From Balanoglossus misakiensis (lineage: Eukaryota; Animalia; Hemichordata): a DNA stretch of 64,000 nt. The stretch covers positions 4,074,349 to 4,138,348 of the forward strand of contig CM082586.2 in assembly GCA_040954595.2 (NCBI GenBank). Reading direction: 5' to 3'. The position numbers and the translations under genes were made by a program. Within the stretch, counting starts at the first letter, position 1. Each line of letters begins with the position of its first letter. The notes under the pieces were generated by a model. It searched no databases and was not told the DNA's origin. It worked only from the letters and a program-made list of their open reading frames with translations. Of this stretch, positions 25,801 through 40,300 are shown in pieces.

Positions 25801-28800
25801 AAGTAATAACGCATTAATCTCCACTTTCTCTTTTGTGTCTCTGTCTCCATACATGTTGCTGTGTTATCTGACTGCATGGCCCTGCATGCACTTCTGTGTA
25901 TATGTGTTTCTACACTAGAGTTTTCAGTGGTTTGTAAGTGTAACTTTAAAAATGCCTACTTGTAATCTCCTACTAGTATCGGCTCCAGTTTTCATTTGAG
26001 TTCTTTAAAATGTCACCAAGCAAAGTTAATGAACTTAACACAGCATTCATGAACACTGTGTTTTTGCTAAGGCTAAGGAACACTGATAAATGACTTGGGA
26101 ACCCCAGTAAAGCTCTTGCTATTGACTAATATGACTGCATTGATATACCAAGGGGAGCCCCGGTAAAATGACTGGACTCATATAGTACCTACTCATATAG
26201 TACATAAAACATTACAAAACAGCGTTTGGTATAAGGGATTCTAAGCTTTAATAAGGGTCTAACTTCTAACATACCAGTCATGTAGAGTCTATGTAATCCA
26301 CATACATGTAGTACACAAGTGTTTACAATATAGGTATGAAAAAAGCATCAACCATTTTCATATCAGTGATTTACTAACAACACTAGATTTCATTTTCAGG
26401 TACATAAACTAGCCAAGATCACAGTGATATTACTACCATTATTGCTGTACTGTCTCACTTTTGATGTCTGCGTATCTTTTTCTCAAACTGACACTTTTTT
26501 CTCGACATCCATCCTAACTGCATCATTCTATTACTTTTTTATACTTCTTGTATAAAAGGGCTTTGTTGATTTGATTGTCACCTCGGTAGGACTCCTTTCA
26601 CCTCTTGTGACTATTTGCATGTCTAAGACTTTCTTCAATTTTGTCTTTTTTTTCTTCTAAGTCTTGGTATTGTGTCTTGTCTGTGTGGAATTTTGAAAAA
26701 GTCACATCCAAAATTTAATTTAGTTTTACAGTTTTTTTTAATTAAAAAAGTAAATGCATGAATTTTTTTCCTTCGTTTTTGCACATTTTGGAGAACAATA
26801 TGAGATACATGTATCTCAAGATTATGATGATCTATCTTATCCCCTAAGACATGCATTTTAGAATACTCGAGTTTTTTTGGCAATTCCACTTTCATGGAGA
26901 TAGAGGTGATATATTCAAAGATATGATCGTTTCATGTTGAAACTAACTATGGCTGTTCCCATTTTTAGGATTTGATTGAATTGCAAGAACTGTTGGAAAC
27001 CGCAGTGGTCAACTTCACCATCATACCAGAGTAAGTGTCAGGTTAACTAGGGACTTTGGAGTAATGGTGAATAGAGTTTTCTGTGAATATACATCAAATT
27101 GAGATCGTTGGTTGCTACAAAGTGTGCCATGAATATTATTGTTGCTTTAAAATATTTTCACAACATGACTGACATTAATTTGTAGATGCAGACATGAACT
27201 GAAGAATTTGAAACAAGTCTGGGAAACTGTCAGGTAAGTTTACAGTAAATACCTTTATTTATTATTTGTTTATGTCAGTTGTAGTAATCCATAACTTGGT
27301 ATGTGAGTCGACTTGGTATGTGAGGAAATTGAAAGATTCAATGCAGTTACGAGTGGATTATTAGAGGTAGATATTTTGTGCATTAAATTTGATTTTTCCA
27401 AATTTTGGTGTATTTACTACGCTGATCAATTTTTTTGATTTGTCAGATTGGTCGAGGAACAACAAAACGAATGGAAGAGAGAACGTTGGCAGAAAATGAA
27501 CACCAAGTATCTGCGTGAAGCCACAAACGATCAGCTGGAAATGGTCAACGGTTTGTCTGAAGAAGTTCAACTCTGGGACGTCTACCTTGGCATGCAGGAC
27601 TCCATTCTTGTCATACAGGTAAACGTGAAACTGAATTATGAATGGTAGTTGAAACTAGCATTCCGTGCAGTCCTTTGACCCTTTCACCCCCATTTTCCTG
27701 TACAAAGGTCCAGCATTGCTTTTGAAAGCAATGGAGTTGGACCAAACCATGGTGTTGAAAAGGGTTAAAGAGACATTGGAAGGAAAGAATTCTGACTCAT
27801 CATTTCTTTGGGGTTACATGTTTATTTACTAAATTATTTCAAAGGCTAAACAAAACAAGAAAAACATTTCTTTGCAAAATCACATAAATTGTTATTCATG
27901 CAATGTACTTCTAAATATCTAAATGTATAATTGTTTATAATTTTAAAGAACGATTTGAAGAAAATTGTACGTGTGTTACATTTATTTATTTGTTTATTTA
28001 TTTTTATTTGTTTTTTTTTTTACAGGCATGTCTCCCATTGATTGATGATCTGAGTAATCCAGCCATGAGACCGAGACATTGGAAACAGTTGGTCAGAGTG
28101 ATTGGTGTCATGCTACAAATTGACAATGATAGTCTGAATCGAATGACACTGGGTCAGTTATTGCAGCTTGGACTACACAGTAAGTATATACTTGGATGTT
28201 GGGATGAGTGGGTAGGTTGGACCCTGAATTGACTTGGTAGAAGAGAAAACTGAATAGTCTTTGCATTTCTATGGAATGTGATAAACTGTACATGTCCTTG
28301 TTATAGACTTCTAGAATCCATGACATCTAAGAACAATTAATGTTTGATTGACAGATCATGTAGATGAAGTGAGGTCGATAGTCCACCGTGCAGTCAAGGA
28401 CGTCGCCATTGAGAGTGCCCTCAGAACTTATGAAGAAATCTGGCTCAGCAAAATCTTTGAGCTTCGTGCGCACGTGCGGAGTGCTGTTCCGGTTGAGGGA
28501 CCACCTGCGGAGGTAAGATGAAAATTATTAGATGCTTGCGTCTAATTATAACATGGCAGTGATAATACATTTGATAATGACTGCCATTTTGGGGGATTTT
28601 TTTTTAATTTGTCCACTAAACCTGATCGAATGTCCATCTCCTGAATTATTAGGATACGGCCACCAAGAGTGAAATGAGTGACTCGGACATGGACAAAGAC
28701 AAGAGTCGGGCCAACGTGAGCAGACGAACGCAGAGTCGCATGTCCAGTGTGACAGGAGGACAGAGTCGAAACAGAAGAACAAGCGTCTCTTCTCTGCCGG

Positions 28801-31800
28801 CATCTTTGTTGAATCTCGGAGATGTAAGTTTTGTCTGGTCTTTCTCTCTGATGGCACTCAACTCACAGTAAAACCTCTATTGAATCAAACACATGGTCAA
28901 ACATCTATTAAATTGAACATACTGTAAAACCCCTATTAATGCATTCTCTTTCAGCGACAGTGGCAGTGTTTTAATACATAGTGTGTTCTAATTGCAACAT
29001 GCAGCTACAATCGGGCATCGATAAGCTGTTCATGTATACCTATCAGTAAGCTTATTTAGATGGACCAATTTACGTTGGAAATTAAAATCATGTAATAATG
29101 CAAAAAGTGGCAGTTCTAGGGTCTTTAATGTATCATTCTGTTGTTTTGTTTTCAATATTTTACATTCAATGACCAGGTGTTGAAGGTTTTATTTCTTCCT
29201 ATATAGACCCACACAATAACATGGGATCATTATCGCACAATGGAGATGGATAAACTTGTTTGTTGGTTCTTTAATTCATTGCTAATATGCGTTACCTTTC
29301 TCCATGTTTTCTTTTCTCCCTGACTGACCTCTGACCTCTACAGCTAAATGTCCTTAATGTAAGTAAAGATGGTGGCATGACTATCGCAATAATGTCATGT
29401 TTTAATGGCTTTTTGGTCACAAATCGTAAAATGTGCTCTTGTAGTTGTACAATCCTCCCATGCATGCTGCACCCACTTCCTGTTCACCTTTGACCTCTGC
29501 CAATTCAAACCAAGTAGTCAGGGCAACTACACACAAAAGTGTCCATATTTAATTTTTTTTTCTGCACGAGTCAGTAGTGTTTAAAGTAATGTCAGTTTTC
29601 TAATAATGTCAAAACTTATTAAAATCAAATATTCAATTTTACTTAAAAAAAGAGAATATTGGATAGAATTTAGAGATGGTTTGAATATACAGAAGTTTTG
29701 AGATGGGCAGTATGTCCTCACATAGCTAGAATTCCTGCATAACTTCGTACACAAATCTTCGTCTAGAGCAAAAGCATTCTGTTTATTTGCCTATCACTTG
29801 TTCCCCAGTCTTTTCCAGCCATAATGACTTTAAAAATATATTCTTCTAACTAAGCCATCAAAACTACTACTTCTAAAATCTAGCCACCACGAATTTTAAG
29901 AGAAGCACTTTTTAAAATACATGTAGTACCATTTTGCTCAAATGAAAACTGTGATAGTGCATTCTCAATAGTTAATTCTCAATAGTGTCTTCTATCGTAA
30001 GAACGATTAAATCGTTCCTATGTCATTTCTGTGACTACTTTTCCAGCAAAATACTTGACAAAGATTCTCACTCATCTTTCTGACGTTAGTTAGATCTCAA
30101 ATATTGACTCTTATTTTCCACAGTGAAAAAACTATACTCATTGTATTATGTTCCTTTAGTTAGTCTTTTTATATAAATACAATGGATCCTTGCTAAGATG
30201 CGATCTCTATAAGTTGACTTATGACTTAATGAGGGCCCAGTGTATTCACTTTCATAAATCTTGCACACTGCTTTCAGTAAATACAACTTGAGTAATTTGA
30301 CATGTGAAGTGTCTTCAATATGGCACAATGCATAGTGTAATTTAAATATATTATTGCAAAATTGTAAATGTGTGCTGCACCGTTGCCTCTTTATCGCTGC
30401 AGTAAAATCCCATTTTTTGGAAAATACAGTGAAATGTTGTCTATACATGTCTATACATGATTCCTGGGATAAATGTGCAGAGATATTTCACTGTATTTTT
30501 CCACACAGTTCCATTCACTCACCACATAGTTATTTTTTTGCAAATTTATTTTAATTTTAATTCAGACAAGATCACCAGTAGGTGTGCTGCGGAATAAAAC
30601 ATTGCATGTAGGTTGTGGTTCAAGTAATTACGCATAAATACTGCTCACATCACAGAATTTGACAACACCATGTTTATTGCTGTCGCACACAAGTACATGC
30701 ACTTTAAATGTATAGTTGTAATTTTATAATGGTACCTTAGCTGTAACTTTTGCTATGTTTTCAGTCTTTTTGTTACGGCTGATTTCCCTGTATTTTTACA
30801 CCTCACAAGCCATTTTATTTCACATGCCTTTCCACCAGCACACACGTGTAGGATCAGCAACCACTTGATTTAAGATCACAGCCTGCAGACAGCCAGGTTT
30901 TGCCAAGCACACACTCTGCATTTATAAGATCCAACATGTCCGATGCACAGGATTGGACCAACATTTCCTTCACAAGTCAAACATTGTCATCTTATTCCTT
31001 GCACTGTGCACAAATTTTAACCCCAAGTGAAAGTGCTTTTGGAAAAAACAACAACACACATTCAAGAAAACTCAAAATGTCAACAGTTCTACTACTACTT
31101 GTAGTATTATATTGCTAGATCAATCAGCAGTTACATTCTATGAAATATTACTCGAATTTCGTTATAGTAAATAATTAAAATAACACTAAAATCTATGAAA
31201 ATCGTTCTTTCAGACTGTAGAATTTTTAGCTGGAAATGTTGTAAAATTTCTGCTGCATTCTGCGCTGTGTAATGCTCTTTCTGTGGCTGGCTCAGTTATT
31301 CTGAGCACTGACTTTCTTTGCTGTAGGACAAATCCCAACAGATACTCTTCTATTTGGTCATAATCTTCTCAGAATGGGTAGTGGCCCAGGCTATAGTTTC
31401 GTGGCCAGCAGCTAAGTGGCTTGCTGGTAACTGGCAAGTAGCGTAGTGAAAAGCAACTTTGTCAACCGTGGCTTATAAGTTGCGAGCATCTTCAAGACCT
31501 GCAGCTGAGTAGCAGCTGGCTAACAGTTTAAAGAAAGATAAGGGAGAAAGAGAAACTAGCTTGCTCTATGCTCAAATCTGTCAAGGTGTTAAGTTTTTAT
31601 TAGGTCGTTCTTGAAATGATTGGGTGTTCGTCACATAAAGGTATCAAATCTATTTGACCATGTTTTTGAAACCTCTTCAGGAGACTGGCGGATTATTTCT
31701 CCTCCACGACACGGAGCCTGTCTTTGAGGAACTGGAAGCTCACCAGGTGTCCCTGCAAGCCATGCAGAACAGCAGCGTGGCCGGCTCCTTCCTGGATGAG

Positions 31801-34800
31801 GTCATCAAGTGGCAGAAACGCCTACAGACCATCGAAGCTGTCCTCTCCGTCTGGTTGGATGTGCAAGACAAGTGGGTGGAGTTGGAAGAGGTAGGTCAGA
31901 GAGAAATTTTTGCGCATCTCAGCTGAGCACCTTTGGCTGGTTGGAGAAGTTTTATTTTAATCATAAAGAGAGATATGTTTCGCCATCTTTGTTCCACACA
32001 TTTTGTATATTGTTCCAAGCAACCATTTGAGGCATGTTAGAACTACTCCATACTAATCTGGGGAAAAGTGAACCAGTCATTCACTATCATTCCTCTTAAT
32101 TTGTCTGTAGGTATTCTCGGGTGCTGATGTCAGAACCACTCTGTCGCAAGAAGCTAAACTTTTCAATTCTGCCAATCGAGACTTCCGTTTGTTGATGAGA
32201 GCCACGGAGAAAAATCCAAATGTCTTGCAGTGCTGCCAGAGGAAAGGTAAATTGTCAACCAGGCAGTGATTACCCTGGAAACAATATGTTATATTTATAT
32301 GTTGCATGATTTGATATTGTTGCATTATTTGATACGAAACCATTCATTTGATTTCCCCTCTGCCAGGAATACTTGTTGCCTTGGAAAAGATGAACACACA
32401 CCTGGAACAGTGCTGGAAGAGTCTGCTGCACCATCTGGAAAGAAGACGGCAGAAGTTTCCCCGATTTTACTTCCTTTCCCTGGAAGATGTTCTACATATC
32501 ATCTGCAATGGTGTGTACATGCAGTCTTAGTTGTAGCACCTATCAATGTGTGAGAACACAGGCATAGTTCTAGTGTTTTGAATTTTAGTAATGGCCTGAT
32601 TTGATATGGTTTCTTGTAGTTTACTGCATATAGAAAGTTAGATCAAAACATAAAACAGCATCCACTGTACACAAGTCAGTTTTAGCTTATAACTCAGTCT
32701 TTTCTGATACATGTTCTCTCAGGTTACGATGTTGGACAAGCCAACCTATACTTACCCAAACTGTTTGAAAACCTTGGTAAATTGGAATATGAAGACACTG
32801 TGAGTGAAGCCAATGACAGTGGGGTACAGATTACCAGTGTTATCAGCAACATGGGAGAGAAACTGCCGCTCAAACAGGTAAACTTATATCATTTGGTGGT
32901 AGCTGGTATTGAATAGTGGCAGTGTTTATGCTGGAGGGCCTAGGGTCACACCCCTTCTAGGTGTCTCACCGTCTGATTCATTGGTACATGTGAAGTTGTG
33001 ACTGAAATACGGATAACAAGTTAATGATAAGTGATGTTCTGAACTGGATTAAGACGAGAGTTTTAAAAATATACGAGAAAAGAAAAAAAATGGCATGAAA
33101 TATGGCAAACTGTAAGGATAAAAACATGCTTTTCAAATGCTAGCATTTTACGAGAACTTAAAATGGAAACATTCGATCAGGCAAAGGCTCAAAAAAATGA
33201 ATTTGTTCTCACATTGATTCAACACAGCCTTTGATGTTACTTTTGATGCTTTGTTTCAAATCATTCCAGGTCGTTCCCTGCGACGGGCACATAGAGAACT
33301 GGCTCTCCGTGCTGCTTCCGATCATCAGAGCCAGCATCCAGCAACAGGTTGCTTCAGCGCTGGGTCAGGATGTGGGAGATGTCACGCAGCCTGGTCGACC
33401 GGACAGAGAGATTCACAGCGCGGGGGCGAGGAAAGTGACAGTGTCCAGGGAAGAAAGAAAAGGTTAGTGTCTGATGATAGTGTTACAGTCAAACCTGTGT
33501 TAGTGGCCACCTCTATTTAGTGGCCACTTCTTTGTTATAGTCCCTGTGCAATTCACATGTACATTGATTGACCTGTTTATAGAGGCCAGTTCAGGGGAAG
33601 TCTGTGTGTGTGGATTGTGAAACTTTGTTAGATGCTGAAGAAATGTAATTTGTACACCTGAGTTCATGTGCTGAACAAATTATAATGAAGATGCATTTTC
33701 CATAATTTATTCGGCCTCCGCTTTGATTCATTCCATAATTGTATGATTGCAGGAAGCAGCAGGGCCGGAAGTCGTCTGGGAAGTCGGAAAAGCAAACGTG
33801 CCGGCTCGAAAACACCTGGTGAAGACGGCCATGCGAAAGAACAGAGCAGCCAGAAATCCTGGATGTTGGATCACGTGACCGAGGTGGTGTACCTAGCAAC
33901 GCAGATAGACTTGACGACGCAGACGGAACGATGTCTGAAAGCCGTTGATGGAGGTGAACGAGATGCCATGCAGGTTAGTTATAGTTACACTATACTTTGG
34001 ATTTTAGATGGTAGGGACTTTCTAAGGTATGACATGTTTTTTGAAGAGAGAGTAATTGTCACGAATGATCCATGTTTGTTGAAATTTCATTGTGCAATGC
34101 GTGTGACTGTTTCAGGAAACAATGGCCAAAGTGAACAAGAGTATAGAAGCAGCGGTTGTGATGTTGAAGGGACTCGAAGACGAGAAAGAAAGAAGAGCTA
34201 GACGAGAAAAAGAGAAGAAAAAGGAAAGAGATAGTGAGTATGCACCTTCTGTTGGAAATTTATAATTTCGTTTTCTATCTGAGTTCCCTTGGTTCTAAGA
34301 GAGTGGATGTCATTCAGAATGAATGAAATTTGAGTAACACAGCGACAAGATAACACTACAAGAAATCTTAAACTCTTTAGGTGTTTCTACAAAAGAGGAG
34401 AGTATTCCTGCAAAGGAAGATAGTCGTAGTCTGAGTGAGACTATTTCCCAGACGGGGAGACATAGTTCACAGCAGTCCTTCAAGGGGTCCCATCTTAGCC
34501 TAACGGAACAACCACCAATTGTTGAAGAAGGCAGCGTTATCACTGAAAAAACTGAACCCACAGCTGATGGTAAGAAATATTTGTGTGATGGTTTATTTCA
34601 CTCTCAGAATTTGAACAGACCATAATAAACACATTACAATGTACCACACTGCATAACACATCTATAGAAATATTTGTGTGATGGTTTATTTCACTCGCAG
34701 AATTTGAATAGACCACAATAAACACACTACCACACTGCATAACACATCTGTAGACATATTTGTACCATTAACCGATGTTTTGATTTGAAATCGACAGAAG

Positions 34801-37323
34801 TGGAACCCAAGACCCCGGAAGCCGTGGACACCATGAAAGTGGTCCTGCCACCGGAACGGCCGAAGGTCAAAGTGGAAGTGGAAGAAGCCATCGACAAGTC
34901 GGAATTGAAACTGATGCTGTTCCCCAGCCAGATCCAGAAGATCAGCAATCTGATCGCGTTGCTGGCCCACCAGAGAGACGTGATGAGGCGCTTTGTGGAG
35001 ACCGTGGAGAGTGGTTCCGGGAAAAGCGGTCTTCTGGAAAGTTTTGATTGGAAAGCTCAGCTGCAGTACCAGTGGAATGAATCTAACATGGGCATTAACA
35101 TCAAGGTAGGCCTTTTGTGGAGAATTTTTCTGTCAGTCGTAAAAATAATTTGACCTGATAGGCAGTCTTTGACCTGTGCCCTCTAACATACATAATTTTT
35201 AAAAGCTTTGAGTTAATTCAAGGATTTCTAAAAAAAATTCTCTGAGTCAGCCCTATACCTTTGCATGAAGTGTGGATAATTGCAGCCAAAGTGAAAATTA
35301 TTCTGGACAAATTACAAACAAATTTCTCCGTTTTCTCTTTCAGATCATGGATTCTGAGTTTGACTATGGTTACGAGTACATGGGCTCGGCCAACAGAGCC
35401 GTCGTCACACCTATGACTGAGAGAGTCTTTGTCAGCCTCACACAGGCTATCAAAGCCAATATGGCTGGGCTTTGTGTCAGTCCTAACGTGAGTTCCATCA
35501 ATAGTTTCTAGTGCATTGTCAAGTGTGTGGTCTTTGAATTTATAGGCCTTTAGTATAATATCTTGCTGGTCACTAAGTTAGAGAATATTATTAATTTTCT
35601 ATCCATGTTGCTTAGATCTGATATGTGTGATGATATGGTTCAATTCAATTCAATTTATTACCCTTGTTGAGAAGTATTTACATAGCTCGTGAGTAAAAAG
35701 AGATTGCATGAAAGGGTAATTGGGAACAGAAAATAGCAAGTGCTAGTCAAGTCTGTTCCCATTCCTCTGTACATTGCAGTATAAAAAATACAATGTAGTT
35801 ACATTTCTATTTGAGGGCAGTGTATCTCTTAGAGAAAAGCAACATTAGGCATGTACAATGTAAAGACAATTATGTACATGTACTTGGTTCATGGTCCAAC
35901 TGATCTTGGATTTTTTGGGGGTTGTCTTAACCAGCCAGTTATTAAAGGGTTTAAATCTTGTGTATTTTCAGTGGTGTGGAAGTCGAGAGACTATACAGGA
36001 ATTAAGCATCTCTCTGGGCAAACCAGTCTACATGTTCAACTGCAGTAAAACATTGGATTCATTCATGCTGGGAGATGTCTTCAAAGGACTAGCATCCACA
36101 GGTCTGTATTTGATGTTTGTTTAAAGAATTTGTTGTGAATTTATCGCCATGTCACTAGACTATATACAACACAGCAAAGTGCAATGATCTGATCTATATG
36201 TTGCTTTCATCTACTTCTTTTAGGCGCCTGGATTTGTCTCAGCAACATCGACTACATCAAACCGGATGTCCTCAGCATCTGCGCCCAGCTACTGCAGACC
36301 ATCTTGGACAGTCTGAGATCCGGCAAGACCAGCGTCTCCATCCAGTCGGACGACGTGACGCTGAACCCGCAGGCCGCGTGTTTTGCCACCATGGACAGCG
36401 CCATCAATCTGGCCCACAACGATCCGGAGAAACACCTGTTATTCGACTCGTCGGTCTCCAAGTTACCGTCGAGTTTAATCCGATCATTCCGGGTCATCTC
36501 CGTGACGAATCCGGACCTCAGAGTGGCCGTTGAAGTCATGCTGCTTAGCCAAGGTATGTGTGATAAGATTTGTGTATCAACCTGTTATTAAAATGAAAGA
36601 ATCAGTTCTTCCTTTTTCTGTTTAAAACACAATGACCGTTGTTGTGTTGACTTTGCCCATACTAGTATTAGATGAAAGAGCATACCAGGGGAAGCCCATG
36701 AAATGATCAAACCACTTTTGTTTTATTGGATGACATTTCCTAAATTGCAAATTTTTATTTCCACTCTTACAGGTTTTCTGTCAGCGACAGAGTTGTCATA
36801 CAAAGTAGTGGCACTGCAAGAAATGGCATCGAACTTACTGTCAACCCTGCCACCGATAGCAAAGAAACATTCCAGTAAGTCACCCTGACAAACATAATTT
36901 TAACGCTTTTAGTCAAAAAGTACACCCCAAACAGCCATTTGAAGACTTAGACATGCCTCTTTAACCATATACGGACATAATGTAAATTATCAATGATTGT
37001 ATGTCTTTAAAAGACGCCTTGTGTTTCTTTTTCTATTTTCAGCATACAACCCGACCATGTCCCAGGGCTGGAGTTTACAGACATTGCAATCCATAATACA
37101 GGAAGCCGGATCAATCCTGGATGAAATGCTGACAGTGGCTATCACAGAGGAACTCATGGAAGAAACCTGTAAGTCACGTTAAATGAATCCAACTGTGAAA
37201 CTTCACAAGTCTTTTGTTTTTCCTGTGTGAATTTTGGTAAATATTATGTATCATGTGTTGAGAATATTTAGTGTAACTGTAATTTGCTTGCTGTTTCCTG
37301 AATAATTCAAACCAGTATGTCTG

Positions 37324-37383
<60 letters not shown>

Positions 37384-40300
37384 GGTTTAGATGGTGTGAT
37401 GGATTGACTAATTTTAAAGTTATACGTGACAGGATATATCGAAACATGTGTGAGATTACGCACTGAATGATAATTTGTATGTTTTTTTGATAGTGACATA
37501 CCAGGATGAGTTAGTCGGCAGTTTTAAGCAGTCGTCGGAAGTGGGTGGAGGTGCACAGTCAGACTCAGAACCACAACCAACAACTGAGCAACCATCACAA
37601 CCATCCACGCAACCACCGGCAGAACCACCAGCACAAGCACCGACAGAAACTGAGAAAGGTAAATTATATCAATTCCATTCATTAACAAGTCTATGTATGT
37701 CTACCTGCCTGCCTACTGTTCCTGTCCGTGTCTGACTCTCTGTCTCTGTTTACATCTTTGTCATGTGTCCATTTATTTCCATCTCCCCTACACACAACAT
37801 AATGTTCTTACACACTGTCATTCTAGGGGCAGAAACTGCTGTTCCACCGGATGAGAAGAGATTTGAGAACGAAGCTCTGGTTCTTGCCCTCCGTGACAGC
37901 TCAATGCCAAAACTGCATGGACAAGATGCTGATGTGTTCATCACATTTTTGCAAGACCTCTTCCCAGATGTTGATGTACCACTAGACTTTGGTGGAAATA
38001 CAGACAGAACTGAGACTATACGGGGTGAGTTTAATGTAGATCTGTGATCCCCTGTTGTTGGATTGATGTGTAAAGTCAGATACCAAATTTCTACAAATTT
38101 CGACCAGTCTCCACATCTATTTTATCATAAGGTACATACATTGAAGGACATTAAGGGAGAGATTTTTCTGTATTCAGCATTTGACATATCATTATTTGAA
38201 GTGAATTATTTTCTTAACGCGTAAATTGCTTCTGATGAAACATTTCACTAAACCATCAACAGTACAGCATTGTTATGTCTCCTACATCCCGACATCTCCC
38301 TGTCATGTAGGCATGAAGCTGAACACTCCCGTCGTCAACGTAAACACAGCAACAGGCACCCAGGCCTTCACTCCTCTTGGATCCAACGAGAAACAAGCGT
38401 TAGAAGACATCAATGAAGCTATAGCTGTTGCCACGGCTGAACTCTCCTTGGTGCCAGGTGTTGTCTTCCAAGCCAGGGTCTCGCAGTTTGCACTGCTTAC
38501 AAATACCCACCAATGTGTAAGTAGCCCCACTCTACCCTTCAAATGTGTGTCTTTTGGTTCAATCCCGTTGTTTCCATTGGTGTGGTTGAACCAATTATAG
38601 GGGTGGCTGGGTGAAACTTGTCATATTTTGTTGTCAATACCATTGTAGCTACTGTGATTCGTCATTGACTATTGATGGGCATATTGTAACCTTTATAACT
38701 TGAAATCAGACCACAGGTACAATGCAGATCAAATTTCCAATGGTATATCCACCCATAAACTCTCTAATTTTGTGAATGCTGAGTTTCAGATGCTGATTGT
38801 TACCGCATTTGAAACATGCTGTAATGGTCACCATCTTACAAATTAAGTCTCCAGCAATGTAGCTGAAAGTCAGTTACAGCTATCAACTCCATGCTTCTAC
38901 ACTATACGAGCAGCAGTTCTTCACGAAACTGTATTTAGCCACGTCCCTGCAGTGCCCAACTAATAATAATTTTCCTTTTTGGCTTTTGTAGGTATTGGTG
39001 GTCGGCCCTGCAGGCTGCGGCAAGAGTGAATGCATCAATACGTACGTCGGAGCACAGAGAGAGATGGGCAAGATAGTGGGGGTGCAGAGAGTGTTTACAA
39101 GAGCCGTGGAGTCTGAGGAACTCCTGGGATACATCGACCCTACAACCAAGTAAGATTTTTTGTAATAAATATTATTATGCACTTACTGCCATAAGCAATG
39201 GCTCTCACGGAAAAAATTTCCATATTTGTACACACTGCATAGTCCCAATATATGGCTGACATGCACATAGATTTGTGTTTGTGTATCTAAAAACTGAGTG
39301 ATTGTGATATTTCTGTCTTTCTTTATCAGGGAATGGAAGGACGGTTTATTCCAGTCACTGATACGAAAACACTGCCTTCAGTCCAGTGTGGATTTCATCA
39401 ACAGCAAACCATTGGTCAAAGTTGTGCATATGGATGGTGAGGTAAGCAATGTTTAAATGTATGTGTATTGTCGGTTAACAGTATTCACCCAATTCTTGTT
39501 TTTTAGCCTAGTCACAAGATCATTGTTAGCGTAACAGTTTAGAAAATAACTTATGTTTTGTTTTGGTTTGTTGTTTCTCAGGTTGATGCACCACAAATGG
39601 AAATCCTGGGCTCAGTTTTCAACCGCAACAACAGTGACGTGCTGATCATGGGAAACAATGAAAGAATTCGTCTCTCAGATTCAGTCAGAGTTCTCTGGGA
39701 AGTAAGTACAATTTTTTGCTGTATACGGTCACCTAAGGAAATTTAGCTGCAGTTACCATGGTAAACTTGAGATCTGGCCAATCATGGATTTTCAGTGGGT
39801 GGCACACGCGTAAAAAAGAACGCCACCATATGTTCTTTAGAACACTCAAATATGTCATTTTAGCCATATATGGGCGAATGTAAATTGGAGGTGACTGTAT
39901 ACCTTTAAGTTATGAAGAAATGTGAAAATATTATTTTAATAAATAATAAATGAACAAGGGTATCTGATGTAATTACTTTGACTTGTTTGTAGATGGAATC
40001 TCTCGCCGATGTGAGTCCATCAGTGCTCTCCAAAGTAGGAATTATCTCCATGGATAAATCGGACGTGGGCTGGCAGTTGATCATAGCACGATGGTTGGCC
40101 ACACGTTCGGACATAGAGCAGGACATCCTGCATACACTGATGGATGTCTATGTGGAGCCGACGTTGGATTTCCTGGCAGGCTGTACCCAGCCGGCAATCA
40201 TGGGGAAGTCACCCCAGCCCAGAATGCAGAGGTGCATCGATACGTCCGACATGAATCTGGTATCGACGCTGTGTTCTTTGATGGAGGTAAGAGACTGTAC

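Noticed and set aside
35488-35971. A missed exon carrying the true GPAGTGKT P-loop
   Set aside because: The flanking exons align to the canonical motif with no gap, and I saw no such coding sequence in the intron.
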